Below, in pieces: positions 1 through 8,615 of a stretch of 64,000 nt of DNA. The DNA is from a virus: the IMG/VR virus record IMGVR_UViG_3300025886_001957, positions 14,463 through 78,462 of that record, one strand, 5' to 3'. A program made the position numbers and the translations under genes. The stretch's first letter is position 1. Every line of letters starts with the position of its first letter. The notes below the pieces were generated by a model, which saw only the letters and a list, made by a program, of their open reading frames with translations, did no database searches and was not told the origin of the DNA.

Positions 1-88
1 CGGTATATGTATCAGGATGTCTGATACCATATTTATTCATTTGATCTAATGCCCAGTCTGTTACTTCGTCTTTGTTTTTAAATTTCAT
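1..88 (-). CDS. Hypothetical protein, runs off the left edge (MKFKNKDEVTDWALDQ...)
   Basis: Read by hand; ATG at 88 with AGGAG SD and a promoter upstream. Confidence 0.6.
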   Translation of the reverse strand, partial: MKFKNKDEVTDWALDQMNKYGIRHPDTYT

Positions 89-106
89 TAAAGTCTCCTA
101 TAATTA

Positions 107-135
107 ACTATAACATTTTTTAAAGTATTTGTCAA
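107..135 (-). promoter_or_regulatory. Sigma70-type promoter TTGACA-N17-TATAGT
   Basis: Near-consensus boxes with 17-nt spacer upstream of the ORF starting at 88. Confidence 0.75.
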
Positions 136-263
136 GGTTTCATGCCTTTTCTAGTAAACTCTTTAGCACGTTTGATCTGTTGTTGTTCAGTTAGTCGACT
201 ACTCAACGAAAGATGCTGCTTCCATAATGCATACAATTTACTTTTTTTATTTTTTGTTTTCAT
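132..263 (-). CDS. Small basic hypothetical protein, 43 aa
   Basis: Read by hand (MKTKNKKSKLYALWKQHL...); fills the gap between neighbouring genes. Confidence 0.45.
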   Translation of the reverse strand: MKTKNKKSKLYALWKQHLSLSSRLTEQQQIKRAKEFTRKGMKP

Positions 264-438
264 TGATTTTTTGCCATGATAAGCTATTTGCATCAACTGG
301 AGTATTACCAATATATTCTTCGCCTGATTCTAAATCAATTAGTTTCCATTTTTGTGGAGTATCTGTTACTACTCCTAGTGTAAATTTTTTATTAAATCTT
401 TTAGCAGTTGTGCCGTCTTTTAATTTTCTATCATTCAT
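247..438 (-). CDS. Hypothetical protein, 63 aa
   Basis: ORF track; fits the co-directional gene run. Confidence 0.6.
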   Translation of the reverse strand: MNDRKLKDGTTAKRFNKKFTLGVVTDTPQKWKLIDLESGEEYIGNTPVDANSLSWQKINENKK

Positions 439-544
439 TTTTTGAGTTCTCTAATGCATATTTCATCATTCTTTCTGGTATCATACATATCCATATGTAC
501 AATGGCCAGAATATTAAATTACCAATTAGTATATCCCACCACAT
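431..544 (-). CDS. Small membrane protein, 37 aa
   Basis: Read by hand (MWWDILIGNLIFWPLYIWICM...); start overlaps the gap stop codon. Confidence 0.5.
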   Translation of the reverse strand: MWWDILIGNLIFWPLYIWICMIPERMMKYALENSKNE

Positions 545-1515
545 TATAAATTTCCTATATATCTTGCTACATCAACCATTCTACAACTAAATGCCCATTC
601 ATTATCGTACCAAGCTAATACTCGAACTAAATGATTATTAATTACTCTTGTTTGATCTGGTGCAAAGATGCAACTTTCTTGAGTAGTATTAAAATCACTA
701 CTTACTAATGGAAGTGCTTCGTAGCCGATAATGCTCTTCATATCAGTATCGGCATGCTCTTTAACAACTGAGTTTATTAGATTTTCATCAACTTCTTTTT
801 CAACTTGTACTGTTAAATCAACACAACTTACGTTTGGAATTGGTACACGTAATGCACTACCTTTAATTTTTCCTTCCATAGATGGATAAACGTCTTTAAG
901 CGCCGTCGCAGCACCAGTACTAGTTGGAATGATATTTACACCACTTGCCCGCGCTCGATAAGGATCTTTATGCTTTTTGTCAATGGTATTTTGGTCACCT
1001 GTATAACTATGTATAGTAGTCATTTGACCGGCTATAATTTGATAGTTTTCGTCTAGTACTTTTACTATTGGAGCAAGGCAATTTGTAGTACAACTTGCGT
1101 TACTTACTACACGATCATTTGATACTATATCAGTGTGGTTAACTCCATAAACTACAGTACGTTTACAATTGTTAGCCGGCGCACTAATAACAACTTTTCT
1201 AGCGCCGTTAATAGTATGTGCAATACATTTTATACCATCGTTATAAGCACCAGTACATTCTAACACTACATCTATATCATGCCATTTAATTTTATTAATA
1301 TCACGTTCTTCAGTCCACACTATAGGATCTGTTATTGGTCCATTATATCTGCCATGAACACTATCATATTTTAATAAATGCATATTTGTTTCTCTGCCAC
1401 CAGTAGCATTAATTTGTACAACTTGCATATCGTGACATTTATTCATAATGTATCTAGCTACACATCGACCAATCCTACCAAAGCCGTTTATACCAATCGA
1501 TAGCGGCCTAGACAT
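544..1515 (-). CDS. gap: Type I glyceraldehyde-3-phosphate dehydrogenase
   Basis: GINGFGRIGR Rossmann motif, SNASCTTNCLAP catalytic Cys motif, WYDNEW. Confidence 0.95.
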   Translation of the reverse strand: MSRPLSIGINGFGRIGRCVARYIMNKCHDMQVVQINATGGRETNMHLLKYDSVHGRYNGPITDPIVWTEERDINKIKWHDIDVVLECTGAYNDGIKCIAHTINGARKVVISAPANNCKRTVVYGVNHTDIVSNDRVVSNASCTTNCLAPIVKVLDENYQIIAGQMTTIHSYTGDQNTIDKKHKDPYRARASGVNIIPTSTGAATALKDVYPSMEGKIKGSALRVPIPNVSCVDLTVQVEKEVDENLINSVVKEHADTDMKSIIGYEALPLVSSDFNTTQESCIFAPDQTRVINNHLVRVLAWYDNEWAFSCRMVDVARYIGNL

Positions 1516-1687
1516 CTTCTTTACCTTCTTGTGCTTTCTTTTTTCGTCTTTGATAAAATCCGCCTGTATATTGTATATCTTCGGTACGGGCTCCGGGTGT
1601 TTTTACTTCAATTTTTCCGCCTTTGTTGAGATAGTCTTGTATGAGAGCATTGTCCTCATCGGACATTTTACGTGGTGTTGGATTCAT
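1508..1687 (-). CDS. Hypothetical protein, 59 aa (MNPTPRKMSDEDNALIQDYLNKGGKIEV...)
   Basis: Read by hand; ATGA overlap with the upstream gene. Confidence 0.65.
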   Translation of the reverse strand: MNPTPRKMSDEDNALIQDYLNKGGKIEVKTPGARTEDIQYTGGFYQRRKKKAQEGKEDV

Positions 1688-2205
1688 ATATTTAATTCCT
1701 TATATACCATTTGAACTCCTTTTGCTTGGAAATAAGCATCAGCTAGTGCGTTATGTAAATCACTTTGCATCGATTTACGAGGATCAACTTTAGCCATTGA
1801 AAATAGTGTTCGACTATCTCGAACTTGCCAGAATTGCCACGGAATGGCTTTGCCTTGTTGCCTTAGCATATCTTCAATAATTGTAATGTCAAATCCATAG
1901 CCATGACCCCAAAGTACATCTACTCCAACCATCCATTTTGGCAGAGTGTCTAAGAACACATTAACATGTTCTCGTCCTTCGGTTCCAAATGCTTCATCTT
2001 GAATTTTTTGATCTTGTTTGCCCCACCATAAAATAGTATCTTCGTTTACACTGCGATCTTGACTGTCAATATCTAGTTTATAATAAAATTCACTGTGAGG
2101 CTCTGCGTTTGAGTTTGGATCAAACTTAACTCCGCCTACTGTTAATACAACAGCATCAGGTTTAACATCTAATGTTTCTAAATCAATCATTGCATGGACT
2201 GGCAT
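1684..2205 (-). CDS. DEDDh 3'-5' exonuclease (Rv2179c-like)
   Basis: MIDLETL, FDITI, HNALADA motifs. Confidence 0.85.
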   Translation of the reverse strand: MPVHAMIDLETLDVKPDAVVLTVGGVKFDPNSNAEPHSEFYYKLDIDSQDRSVNEDTILWWGKQDQKIQDEAFGTEGREHVNVFLDTLPKWMVGVDVLWGHGYGFDITIIEDMLRQQGKAIPWQFWQVRDSRTLFSMAKVDPRKSMQSDLHNALADAYFQAKGVQMVYKELNI

Positions 2206-2211
2206 TTAGAA

Positions 2212-2589
2212 TTATCCTTTTATATTTTTTTTAGGGTTAACAAATTGTGACAGTTGAGGTGCTTCCCAGCCTTCGGGCTTTAGTACTTTACCATCTTCAC
2301 GTTTGTGAACTTTACCAGTGTCTGGATCAATCTTAGCAAAGTTTGTATCCATCACTTCTTTCCAGGCTGCTTCTCCGTCCCAACCTGCAGCACGTATCGC
2401 ACCCATAGTTACAACCAAGATGTCAACGAGTGCGTCAAGCTGTTCAACTTTGTCGTTGTCTTGGATAGCTTCTTCTAACTCGTCCGTTTCCTCACGAATT
2501 AGATCGAGATACATTTTGTAGTTTGCTTCACTTGGCGGCTGGTCACACGCTGAGCCAAATCGTTCGATATCGTTAAATGGATTAGTCAC
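2212..2589 (-). CDS. MazG/HisE-like all-alpha NTP pyrophosphohydrolase
   Basis: EETDEL...DALVDILVV acidic motifs; NFAK...REDGKVLKP. Confidence 0.85.
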   Translation of the reverse strand: MTNPFNDIERFGSACDQPPSEANYKMYLDLIREETDELEEAIQDNDKVEQLDALVDILVVTMGAIRAAGWDGEAAWKEVMDTNFAKIDPDTGKVHKREDGKVLKPEGWEAPQLSQFVNPKKNIKG

Positions 2590-2970
2590 TTATGCTTCCT
2601 TATCAAAATATTGACCGGCATTATATTCGGGCTTTTCAACATACTTTTGAGAATCAAATATTGCACTACTAGCTTCCATATTACGCATAGCTTCTCTTAC
2701 ACGATTCTGCATTGATTCTGCTAATAAACGTGCTTCTTCTCGTGACTCTACATTTAATAATACAGTACTACGGTCTACTTGATTAACTACTCGTAGAGGT
2801 CTATCTGGTGGTGGCACTGCATTAGGCGGTTGTGTTTCTGAATTTGGAAATTGAGCTCCGTAATTTTGTGCAGCTCTAATCCTCAATTGTTCAGCTATTT
2901 GTTCTTGCTGTTGCATCCATTTTTGATATACTACTCCGGGGATTGCTGCTGTTGCTTGTATTTCACTCAA
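2590..2970 (-). CDS. Hypothetical protein
   Basis: ORF track; tightly coupled to neighbours. Confidence 0.55.
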   Translation of the reverse strand: MSEIQATAAIPGVVYQKWMQQQEQIAEQLRIRAAQNYGAQFPNSETQPPNAVPPPDRPLRVVNQVDRSTVLLNVESREEARLLAESMQNRVREAMRNMEASSAIFDSQKYVEKPEYNAGQYFDKEA

Positions 2971-3326
2971 TGCTCATCTCCAAATTGTACTCCATCAGGC
3001 TTATCATCTGAATACATTAAAATACTTTCTGTTTCGATCATCCTTAGTTCTTTTTCACCATTACCGTCGTCGACATTAAAACTTCTAGTCCAACGTCCGT
3101 GTTCAACTAACACCCAATCACCTGTTTGATAATTATCTGTGTTATCTGGACCTTTGGCATGTACTTGTCCCCAGCGGGGATATATTCCTCTTGTTGAACC
3201 GTCGTCGCTACGTATTATAAGTCCTTTAGCAGTTGTTTGTTCACCAAAGTGCATATTAGTAACAATAACTCTATCTCCAATTGGATTAAGTTTTCCTTTA
3301 ATTGCTTTTGTGTAATTTAAAACCAT
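2967..3326 (-). CDS. groES: Co-chaperonin GroES-like protein
   Basis: LNPIGDRVIV...GLII...GQVHAKGP...GDWVL pattern. Confidence 0.8.
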   Translation of the reverse strand: MVLNYTKAIKGKLNPIGDRVIVTNMHFGEQTTAKGLIIRSDDGSTRGIYPRWGQVHAKGPDNTDNYQTGDWVLVEHGRWTRSFNVDDGNGEKELRMIETESILMYSDDKPDGVQFGDEH

Positions 3327-3658
3327 TATTCACCTTTTTTAATAAAATTACCTTCGTCATCTTCAATCCATTCAGCAGTTTCTTCAGCTGTAGCACCTTC
3401 GGTGTCTTTGTTATCAACAACTTCCTCTGATACAACTTCTTCATCTTTTACTGTTTCGGGATTTTGATAATATTCGCTCATGATATCTTCTCGTTTTCGT
3501 ATAATTGTACCGCCAGGCCCTAATTCGTCTCCTCGGGCATTTACACGAGCATTTCCTACAGCTGGAGTAAGTTCGTTTCTTGAAATAAGCAAATCAAGGT
3601 CAATATGCTTTCCTTGGGCTGTTTTATACATTTTTCGTCCTGGTGTTCGCATTGCCAT
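3326..3658 (-). CDS. Hypothetical phage protein
   Basis: ORF track; AAGGAG SD and TAAATA late-type motif upstream. Confidence 0.65.
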   Translation of the reverse strand: MAMRTPGRKMYKTAQGKHIDLDLLISRNELTPAVGNARVNARGDELGPGGTIIRKREDIMSEYYQNPETVKDEEVVSEEVVDNKDTEGATAEETAEWIEDDEGNFIKKGE

Positions 3659-3692
3659 AATTTTATCTTTCTCCTTGCGTCATTGCTGATAT

Positions 3693-4250
3693 TTATCTAA
3701 TGAATTCTTTCCAATCTAAGTCAAATTGGATTGAATTAATTCTATGTACTCCTATTAAGTATAACACATAACTTGCTACAGAGCTACCTCTACCTACACC
3801 CCACACGATATTATTTTTACGCATAAAGTCTACAAGATAGATCATATAACGTAGTAAATTTATCATATTATGTTTTTCAAATGCTAATAATTCTTCTTCA
3901 ACTCGTTGCCATTCTTTTGATAGCATACATGTTGCTAATGAACCTGTGTTAATATTTTCTGCTAATTTTGTTTTTAGAAATTCTTTAACTGAAATTTCTT
4001 TATATTCTTCGGGCATAAACCATTCACTTTGACATACATTATCAAATGTTTTTTCGTCTACATCTAGTGAGATATATTTTTGTAAACCCAAAAGTCCTTG
4101 TTCTTCCATTGCTGTGTTAAACTTATCTATATCATCATTTTGATCACAGAGGACTATATGACATTTATCTATATTTCCACTATAGATCATGTCAATTAAG
4201 TCGCGGTTAGTAAATCGCGGAATACCTAGCGAGTCTGTTTTCATAAGCAT
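3693..4250 (-). CDS. Stand-alone fragment of DNA polymerase III alpha (DnaE)
   Basis: RVEEEL...GVGRGSSVASYVLYLIGVH matches the DnaE GRGS region; PHP domain and PDIDxD motif absent. Confidence 0.75.
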   Translation of the reverse strand: MLMKTDSLGIPRFTNRDLIDMIYSGNIDKCHIVLCDQNDDIDKFNTAMEEQGLLGLQKYISLDVDEKTFDNVCQSEWFMPEEYKEISVKEFLKTKLAENINTGSLATCMLSKEWQRVEEELLAFEKHNMINLLRYMIYLVDFMRKNNIVWGVGRGSSVASYVLYLIGVHRINSIQFDLDWKEFIR

Positions 4251-4259
4251 ACATATATA

Positions 4260-4490
4260 TTAACTTACTTTGATAAGTTTGTCAATATCAGAATTGGATT
4301 TTTCTTGATTTATTTTTGTTTTAAGTCTATTTTGTAACTCTAATTTATAATCGTCAATTAGTAATACCATCTGTAATCTTATTTGTTCATTATCTGTCAT
4401 AAAATAAACTTTGTTAAGACGTTGAAGTTTTTCTTCAAGTTCACTAGTTGATATTAAACTTAGATTTTCAACGTGTGGATGAAGATTCAT
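4260..4490 (-). CDS. Hypothetical protein
   Basis: ORF track. Confidence 0.55.
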   Translation of the reverse strand: MNLHPHVENLSLISTSELEEKLQRLNKVYFMTDNEQIRLQMVLLIDDYKLELQNRLKTKINQEKSNSDIDKLIKVS

Positions 4491-5065
4491 TATGAGAATG
4501 CACCAATGTATCTAGCAAAAAATGTTATAGAATCATAAGTTGAAACTTCTATCATTAATGGTGCTGATTCCGATGTTACACGTATGTTAGATGTGCTAGT
4601 TATCCATGTATTACCATCAGTTAGTATAGTTGAACCAGCTGGGCCAACTAGTGATATAGTCTTCGGCGAAGAAACAGTTCCTCCACTTAGAAATAGTTTC
4701 ATTTTTCCATAACCATCAATTGGAAAATCACTAAATGTTAGAGTAATATCATTAGTAGCTTTTATAACAAACACATGTGCTTGTGACCATGATAAAGATA
4801 AATTTGCACTAACTCCGGTTGAGTTTGCAGTATTAGTACTTTCTTTATTTGCTAAAAAGTTTGCATAAGATATTGTGTTTCCTGCAAAATTGTTAGCAGC
4901 ATTTACTTTACACGATCCTGCTTGTAAATCTGTTATTTCGGTACTAGTGGTTGTAAGTGCAGTTTTAACAATATTAAAGTTATCACGAAATCCTTGACTA
5001 TCATTGTCAACTCCTGCTACTGGATAGTTTTCATCTATTGTTGAATAAGTAATATTGCTTGCCAT
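4490..5065 (-). CDS. Probable virion structural protein
   Basis: Thr/Ser/Asn-rich; TATAAATA late promoter at 5095..5088; lies in the baseplate block. Confidence 0.55.
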   Translation of the reverse strand: MASNITYSTIDENYPVAGVDNDSQGFRDNFNIVKTALTTTSTEITDLQAGSCKVNAANNFAGNTISYANFLANKESTNTANSTGVSANLSLSWSQAHVFVIKATNDITLTFSDFPIDGYGKMKLFLSGGTVSSPKTISLVGPAGSTILTDGNTWITSTSNIRVTSESAPLMIEVSTYDSITFFARYIGAFS

Positions 5066-5087
5066 TTTCTTTTCCTTTAACTTATGT

Positions 5088-5095
5088 TATTTATA
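5088..5095 (-). promoter_or_regulatory. T4-type late promoter TATAAATA
   Basis: Exact T4 late consensus 23 nt upstream of the start codon. Confidence 0.65.
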
Positions 5096-5099
5096 CTAT

Positions 5100-8000
5100 T
5101 TAAACATTGAATAACTTATTACCGAATGAAACAAATTGAGGATACATGTAATCGTTTGTTTGACTAATTAAGTATCGATTAACACGGTATTCGATACTTT
5201 TAAAATCAAAACTTGAATTTTTTATATTTAATGCTATTTCTGCAGATTTACCAGGAATTGTATACACTAGTGGTACTACAAATGCATAACCTAATTCTTT
5301 TAATCCAGTACCCTGTGCAGTACGCATCCACAACGGAGTAAAGTCATAAGAATTTGTTCCTATTGAATTAATTCTTTTTCTCATGTTATCTATGTTTGAA
5401 ATATGATAGCGAGAAAATCCAGTTTGACTAGTTTCAATAGCATCACTATCGATTGTTAATCCTCCTGACAGTGGCCTAAATCTCCAAGAAGTATTATCAT
5501 TAACATCATTATATGATTCACTGTGAATTGTAATAGTGCCTCTAGGTGAAATACTACTAAATGCCATATTTGTTTCGCCAGTATCTGGTTTTGCTGAATC
5601 AATTAATGGTACGTATACAACCTCGTACAATTTATTATTTGTACCAGGTTCATTAGCAAATGCAGTTAAAACATTGCCAAAATAATAACTTTTTTCTGTA
5701 TGGTTACGTCCGACTACTGATATATATTCGACCATATTTTTACGTATAATACCGGCATATACTAATGATTTAAGATCTCGTTGAATGCCAAAATTTGGAT
5801 CATTTTCTCTATAAATATTACGAGGTACAAATATTGAAGTATCATTAATAAACGAATTAAAAAGATTACGTTGATCAGTTTCAATCATTGGCAGAAAATG
5901 TATATCACTATAATTATTTTTATCAGTATCGTCAATTGTTAATGTAAATGTTCTTGAAATTTCGCTGTATTGAAATCTATCTTTAGCTTGTATTGTAAAT
6001 TTATATACTTTATCATACGATTGTGTATTATTATCAAATGTAGTAGTACCATTATCAAAATAACTTAATCCAGGATTAGCAACAGTTCCATTAATAACTA
6101 CAGTTCCAATTAATTCTCCAGTTGTTGTTAACTTAATACCTGGTGGTAATTTTCCTGAAGTTACAGTATATACTAAATTAGTATCCAAATTAATAGTAGT
6201 AGCTTTTACTGAAATTAAACTTGGCCTATTAGCTTTTAAAGTTCCTAAGTTTGCCGAAGTGTTCCAAGAAATTGTACTATCAACCTCTCCTATAACTTTT
6301 AAACTGAATGTTCGTGAATTAGTAGCTGTTTGTGATTCAATAATACCAAATGTTTTTTCAAAATAATTACCTATTGTAGCACCAATGCTAATACTTCTTG
6401 TTTGAGCTAATAATGCTGTAATAGTAGTAGTTAATTTAATTATATCAATATTAGCAGAAGTAGTTACAATAACATTACTACTATCAGTTGTTATAAATGC
6501 TGATTTAATTCTGTTGATATTTGTATTATTAGAAAATGCTGGAACAGTTATGTTTATGGTCTTTTGATTAGTTGATACTGTAGCATTAGAAAATATTTCA
6601 TATTCAGATGTACCAAAATATGATTGTAGGTTTTCTAGATCATTACCAGACCCTATAGTAGTATTTAATTGTACATTAGCATTAGCTTCTCCGGCTGTAA
6701 TACTATAGGTTATATAAGGATATACTTCCTCAATTAGATAATTTTCAGTTGACGAAAAAGTTAAAGTTTTATTTTTATAAAAATTTCGATCGTTTTCATC
6801 TAATGATTCACTAAAGAAATAGTTTTGTCCTATAGCTGCATCTTTATGTAGTACTAACGGTGAATATCCTTCTAGAGGTTGAAGAGGAGTACTAAATGTA
6901 ATTTCATCAAATATTGCACCTGATACTGCACCATTAATTATATAACTTTTACCTTCAAATACAACAGTTTGATCAACTAATGATGCAAGATCGTCAATAC
7001 CGTCAGCTAGTCCTAATGGTAATTTTACAATCTTAATAGTATAGTTGTTTGCAAGTATATCAGCACTACAAGAAGCGTATACAGTAACAGCGCCATCGTT
7101 GGTTGTGGTTCTAAGAGCAGTAAGTGTAAATTTATAATTTTCTGATACAGCAGGTTTATACGGAATTATTCCAGCTATTTCACCAGTTTTATTATCTAAT
7201 GTTAATCCTTTAGGAATTGCACTAGTAGTGCCATCATCATTTAGACCTTCAAGTGCATAACTAATTGTGCCTCTAACTGAATTTTGATCTTCAACATCAA
7301 AAAATAATGTAGCATAATTATTAGCTCGAATAGTGCCAAGGTCAGCTGCCGTTAACCATATTGGAACTCTTGTGTCTGTTGCATCAGCAGTAAATACTCC
7401 ATTTGATGCCTTCATTATTTCGTTATCAGCTTTTACAAATGTATCTGAAACTATAAATGCACTAAATGATCTTTTTACAAGAGAAATTCCATCAGTGATT
7501 GTTACTGTAAACTGATAGGTCCTATTTAATTTTCTGTAAGATCTTAGCACTTCTGATGTAGCACTATCGGTGTATTGTAAAGTATAATCAAACGGAATAT
7601 CAGTATACGGTGCAGAATCATAGCCTATATCAGCAGGGGTATAGATAGTTCCAGTTAGGTTAGCTTCTAAACTTAGAATTGGATCAACTTTGCCTGTAAT
7701 CTTTCCTGATTTTGTTAGTTCAAGACCAGGAGGTAGTTCTCCATCCTTGTTGCCAATATAATATTCTAACACATTGCCTGCTGGTAAATCAACATCAGTT
7801 GCTTCTAATTGATAATCAATATAACTGTTGTCAAGTACAAAATACAATTTGTTAGGTCCAATTCCTAACGCACCTGTAGGTGTTGCCCATTGTGGTTTGT
7901 CCTGGCCATTAATTAGTATCGACAGTGTACGATCTTGTATTCCACTTGATGACGTTGCACGAATTACAAATGTACTTTTTGTACTTCGTGCAACTTCAAG

Positions 8001-8174
8001 TGGAACACCTGTAATTTGATTATTTAACAAGTATAAACCTATGGGTAATTTTCCACTTTGTACAGTAGTAGTAATTCCAGATAGCGATTCAAGAGGCAGT
8101 GTTAAAGAAGTTTCATTTCTTTCTTCAATACTGGCAAGCTGATAATTGTTATCTACTGTCCACTGTGGTAGCAT
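5100..8174 (-). CDS. Large virion/baseplate protein with repeated Ig-like (putative Ig/He_PIG-type) modules
   Basis: Repeated SGKLPxGLxL...G.I.G and YxFTVT motifs; structural-gene context. Confidence 0.65.
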   Translation of the reverse strand: MLPQWTVDNNYQLASIEERNETSLTLPLESLSGITTTVQSGKLPIGLYLLNNQITGVPLEVARSTKSTFVIRATSSSGIQDRTLSILINGQDKPQWATPTGALGIGPNKLYFVLDNSYIDYQLEATDVDLPAGNVLEYYIGNKDGELPPGLELTKSGKITGKVDPILSLEANLTGTIYTPADIGYDSAPYTDIPFDYTLQYTDSATSEVLRSYRKLNRTYQFTVTITDGISLVKRSFSAFIVSDTFVKADNEIMKASNGVFTADATDTRVPIWLTAADLGTIRANNYATLFFDVEDQNSVRGTISYALEGLNDDGTTSAIPKGLTLDNKTGEIAGIIPYKPAVSENYKFTLTALRTTTNDGAVTVYASCSADILANNYTIKIVKLPLGLADGIDDLASLVDQTVVFEGKSYIINGAVSGAIFDEITFSTPLQPLEGYSPLVLHKDAAIGQNYFFSESLDENDRNFYKNKTLTFSSTENYLIEEVYPYITYSITAGEANANVQLNTTIGSGNDLENLQSYFGTSEYEIFSNATVSTNQKTINITVPAFSNNTNINRIKSAFITTDSSNVIVTTSANIDIIKLTTTITALLAQTRSISIGATIGNYFEKTFGIIESQTATNSRTFSLKVIGEVDSTISWNTSANLGTLKANRPSLISVKATTINLDTNLVYTVTSGKLPPGIKLTTTGELIGTVVINGTVANPGLSYFDNGTTTFDNNTQSYDKVYKFTIQAKDRFQYSEISRTFTLTIDDTDKNNYSDIHFLPMIETDQRNLFNSFINDTSIFVPRNIYRENDPNFGIQRDLKSLVYAGIIRKNMVEYISVVGRNHTEKSYYFGNVLTAFANEPGTNNKLYEVVYVPLIDSAKPDTGETNMAFSSISPRGTITIHSESYNDVNDNTSWRFRPLSGGLTIDSDAIETSQTGFSRYHISNIDNMRKRINSIGTNSYDFTPLWMRTAQGTGLKELGYAFVVPLVYTIPGKSAEIALNIKNSSFDFKSIEYRVNRYLISQTNDYMYPQFVSFGNKLFNV

Positions 8175-8183
8175 ATCTACCTC

Positions 8184-8585
8184 TTAACCTAGGTTGCCAA
8201 AGTCGGTAGTCATCTGCGTTGGATTTGTAAAGGTGCCATAGTCGACTATATTATTAAATGCTAAAAATTCAAGCCATGTTGTAACACTTGGTGTAATACC
8301 TGCATGATCAAACGCTAATGGCTCATTAAATCTTCCTGCACCGCCAGATATAGTAATTTCATCTGTGCCTTGCGTAACAGTTATTCCATGCCCAGCAGTT
8401 ATAGATCGAAGTGATTCAACTCCGTTAGCTTTATTTTTAAATATTTGTGCGCCTGCACCTACATTTGCAATAGAATAAGAATCAATTTCGGAAAAATTAG
8501 AATTAAATTTTACAAATGCATCTCTGAGATTATCACCAGTGCCGTCATTTGCCGAACTTCCGATATTAGCTAGTTGTATTGACAT
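8184..8585 (-). CDS. Baseplate/fibre-associated protein with T4 gp9/gp10-like N-terminal motif
   Basis: IQLANIGSSANDGTGDNLRDAFVKFNSNF; TATAAATA at 8615..8608. Confidence 0.7.
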   Translation of the reverse strand: MSIQLANIGSSANDGTGDNLRDAFVKFNSNFSEIDSYSIANVGAGAQIFKNKANGVESLRSITAGHGITVTQGTDEITISGGAGRFNEPLAFDHAGITPSVTTWLEFLAFNNIVDYGTFTNPTQMTTDFGNLG

Positions 8586-8607
8586 GTTTATACCTTTCTG
8601 TTTTATA

Positions 8608-8615
8608 TATTTATA
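8608..8615 (-). promoter_or_regulatory. T4-type late promoter TATAAATA
   Basis: Exact consensus upstream of the gene starting at 8585. Confidence 0.6.
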
